From assembly GCF_040564635.1 (NCBI RefSeq), contig NZ_CP159837.1, forward strand, positions 291,801-355,800: a stretch of DNA of 64,000 bases, given 5' to 3'. The notes beneath the pieces are model-generated. The model made no database searches, was not told where the DNA came from, and was given only the letters and a program-made list of their open reading frames with translations. Below, in pieces: positions 61,423-64,000 of the stretch (position 1 is its first letter; every line of letters begins with the position of its first letter). The position numbers and the translations under genes were made by a program. This DNA is from Planktothricoides raciborskii GIHE-MW2. Lineage in GTDB: Bacteria > Cyanobacteriota > Cyanobacteriia > Cyanobacteriales > Laspinemataceae.

Positions 61423-62061
61423 TTGACGGTTTGTAAATAATATCAGGGCTATCTGAAAAGCGATCGCTATCCGATTCAGAAAGTAGTCAACCCAAATAGC
61501 CCAGAAACCGGGTTTCGGTTTTGAATATCAGCAGTTATCTGTGGAATGCTTTCAAAGAAACCCGGTTTATTGCTTGGGGTAGAGAAATAAGCTGCCAACC
61601 AACCGCTATCCGATTCAGAAAATAGTCAACCTATCCGCTGCCAACCCCTATCCGCTGCCAATCAGGTATATATATGGGTTATATATATGGGCGCATACTA
61701 TTCCCATTATAAAGTCTTACGATGATTTTATTATAAATTAATTTTGGAGAACTTGTCAATAGTTTTTTCGGTAAATTTTTGGTTAAATTTGATTAAAAAT
61801 CGATAAAATTTTAAATAAACCCAATTTATCAGCTAAAGAAACTATTTTTTGAACCAAAGCAGCGTAATATCCCAGCCAGCTTGCAACTACCAGGAGATCG
61901 CATCAAAAAAATCTGAAAATTCAGAACAAGCAAAAAATGCGAATCGCTATTAAGGGAGACAAATCGCTACTATAAACGTATTTACAAATGGGGATAAATC
62001 ATGGAAAACATCCCCTTTGCTTAATCTGCCAATAGCCTCTAGCGTCAAACAATCATCACTT

Positions 62062-63135
62062 ATGTCTCAAAAAAACGACACCACGATTCTGGTCTTAGCC
62101 CTGCTAATTACCGTAGGTTTAGCAGGCGGTGGAGTTTGGTGGTTTACGGGTCTAAAAAACCGCGCCTCCGACCCCAGGGGAACAGATTCTAATTCCCAGA
62201 CAACCCCTGCTCAAGGCTATAATCAAAATTCCCCTAGCTCAAATTTTAGCCCAGTTAAAACTTTTGCCCAAATACAAAATGTTCCCCAGGCATTAGTCAG
62301 CTATGGGGGCAGTACCTCTTGGTCGCCGATCCGCCAAGAAGTCGATGCTTTAATTCAAGTTGTTTGGCCTGACTTTAAGCTGCGTTATACCCAACATCCG
62401 ACAAAACCTCCGGGGTCTACGACTGGCATTGAGATGCTATTAAACGATCAATTAGCCTTTGTTCAGTCTTCGCGATCAATTAAAGATACAGAATATGAAC
62501 AAGCTCAACAAAAAGGGTTTACTTTGAAACAAATTCCTGTGGCTATTGATGGCATTGCGATCGCCGTCAACCCAACTCTGAATATTCCCGGCTTAACTGT
62601 CACCCAGCTTAAACAAATTTATACCGGCAAAATTACCAATTGGAACGAAGTAGGCGGATCAAACTTAGCCATTGTTGCTTATTCTCGCAGACCGGAAGAC
62701 AGCGGCAGCGTAGAGTTTTTCATCGATAATATTCTGAATGGAGAAAAGTTTGCTGATAATGTTTCTTTTATCCCCACAACCACTGAAGCTTTGCGCCTAG
62801 TGGCGAATAATTTGGGGGCAATTTACTATGGTTCGGCGCCGCAAGTTGTCCCGCAATGTCAGATAAAATCAATCGCGATCGCCAATCAAGAGGCAGAATT
62901 TATTCCTCCGTATCAAGAGCCTTGGGTGTCCCGGGAAGAATGCCCAACTAAGCGGAATCAATTAAATCAAGCTGCTTTTCAAAGTGGAGCATATCCGATT
63001 ACCCGCAGATTGTTTATCATCGTCAAACAAAATGGGCAAATCGACCAGCAAGCGGGTGAAGCTTATGCTCAGTTACTTTTAAGTGACCAAGGACAAGATT
63101 TAATTGAAAAAGCTGGATTTGTGAGAATTCGTTAA
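62062..63135 (+). CDS. PstS-family (phosphate-type) periplasmic substrate-binding protein, membrane-anchored
   Basis: N-terminal TM, then a PBP fold with GSTTGIEMLLNDQLAFVQSSR. A TTG at 62017 would extend the ORF. Confidence 0.7.
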   Translation: MSQKNDTTILVLALLITVGLAGGGVWWFTGLKNRASDPRGTDSNSQTTPAQGYNQNSPSSNFSPVKTFAQIQNVPQALVSYGGSTSWSPIRQEVDALIQVVWPDFKLRYTQHPTKPPGSTTGIEMLLNDQLAFVQSSRSIKDTEYEQAQQKGFTLKQIPVAIDGIAIAVNPTLNIPGLTVTQLKQIYTGKITNWNEVGGSNLAIVAYSRRPEDSGSVEFFIDNILNGEKFADNVSFIPTTTEALRLVANNLGAIYYGSAPQVVPQCQIKSIAIANQEAEFIPPYQEPWVSREECPTKRNQLNQAAFQSGAYPITRRLFIIVKQNGQIDQQAGEAYAQLLLSDQGQDLIEKAGFVRIR

Positions 63136-63172
63136 TTTTTTCAAAATCAATCCCTAAAGATTGTTGCATCCC

Positions 63173-63212
63173 CTGAATAGCCGGGGCAATTCATAAATTG
63201 CCCCGGCTATTC
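63173..63212 (+). terminator. hairpin aatagccggggcaatt-cataa-aattgccccggctatt after the PstS-like gene
   Basis: 16-bp perfect stem. Confidence 0.5.
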
Positions 63213-63287
63213 GAGCGGCAATCGAGCAGCGATCGCCCCCATGTTTAGTCACTAATCATTAGTCACCCACCATTAGTCACCAACAAA

Positions 63288-64000
63288 ATGAATAAATCAC
63301 AGAATCAAGATAATTTGGCCAGCCATGCCCAAAAGTGGCCAGAGGAATTTTGGGCAGCGATTGATTTATTCTCCCTGAAATCGCGATTTTGCGATCGCTT
63401 AATCAATGCCACCTCTGATTATTTGTTAGCAACGCGATCGCCTGCTATTGACAATCAAATGCCAATATTGACGCCCTCAACGATGCCATTAAACCGCACC
63501 AAAGACGTAGAAAAAGTCATCTATATTTCCGCGATCGCCTTCAAATTGCAAAAGACCCTGCAAAAAGCCCAGGAAAAAGCCCAGCAAAAAGCCCCGGCAG
63601 AAATTGCCGAGGCGATCGGTTCTTTAATCGAGCCTTCCCCCGATTTCACCGTTCATATTCGTGACGGTTGGATTCAATTCCATCTCAGCGAACCAGGGTT
63701 AGCCACCTGGTTGCAACGTCTCAGCCAATGGCCCAGCCAAACTCACGGTTCAGAGAACCCACACCAAAGTCAAAACTGGCAAAAAATCTATGCCACATTG
63801 GATGCCACAAATAATCTCACAAATAATCTCTTTCTACTGGAATACACCCACGCTCGATGTTGCTCGCTGCTGCGCTTGGGCGATCGGGAGCAACTAATCA
63901 GCCTGTCTGAGTCCAGCTTGTCGGAACATAGCACCGATCTGCAAATTATCAACCCCAATCCTATCCCCTGGTTAAGCGATCGAAACCAACTGCGTCCGAT
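63288..64000 (+). CDS. partial ORF (runs off window); hypothetical protein with a DALR-anticodon-binding-like segment
   Basis: Open frame from the ATG at 63288 to the window end. LLEYTHARCCSLLRLGD resembles the ArgRS DALR motif (Y-HAR-S-LR). Confidence 0.35.
   Translation, partial: MNKSQNQDNLASHAQKWPEEFWAAIDLFSLKSRFCDRLINATSDYLLATRSPAIDNQMPILTPSTMPLNRTKDVEKVIYISAIAFKLQKTLQKAQEKAQQKAPAEIAEAIGSLIEPSPDFTVHIRDGWIQFHLSEPGLATWLQRLSQWPSQTHGSENPHQSQNWQKIYATLDATNNLTNNLFLLEYTHARCCSLLRLGDREQLISLSESSLSEHSTDLQIINPNPIPWLSDRNQLRP

Overview
This 64-kb window appears to be cyanobacterial chromosome, judging by the very dense GCGATCGC (HIP1) octamers and STRR-like heptamer arrays. Genes I recognise include cyanoP, PSRP-3/Ycf65, glgB and an XisH/XisI pair. 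Conserved or housekeeping-type content: two convergent pentapeptide-repeat proteins at 1-2274, a CYP120-like P450, two TerD genes followed by a metzincin, an MFS transporter, a ClC-CBS-USP channel, an MscS channel, lysine 2,3-aminomutase with an ATP-grasp ligase, a TPR protein, a GST, an alpha/beta hydrolase and a PstS-like binding protein. The most notable feature is an ~18-kb same-strand cluster at 27.5-45.9 kb. Its genes look like a polyprenyl-phosphate-linked, N-acylated amino-sugar transfer pathway: a GT2 polyprenyl-P glycosyltransferase, a DegT aminotransferase, a Gfo/Idh/MocA oxidoreductase, a hexapeptide acyltransferase, an FAD oxidoreductase, a SAM methyltransferase, two tandem GT-C (ArnT/PMT-like) paralogs with a gene-converted 5' half, an ACP/SDR/AMP-ligase/acyltransferase acyl module, a secreted lipase-like lipoprotein, a GNAT-like protein, a flippase-like membrane protein and a NodB deacetylase. 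Two of these genes carry perfect 28-30-bp palindromes in frame, and identical palindromes recur intergenically. A minus-strand ABC operon at 48.8-55.0 kb has one ATPase followed by three tandem paralogous long ABC-2-like permeases. There are decayed IS4/IS5 remnants in an AT-rich island and many small hairpin and tandem repeat families. I found no rRNA, tRNA or CRISPR array I could support.
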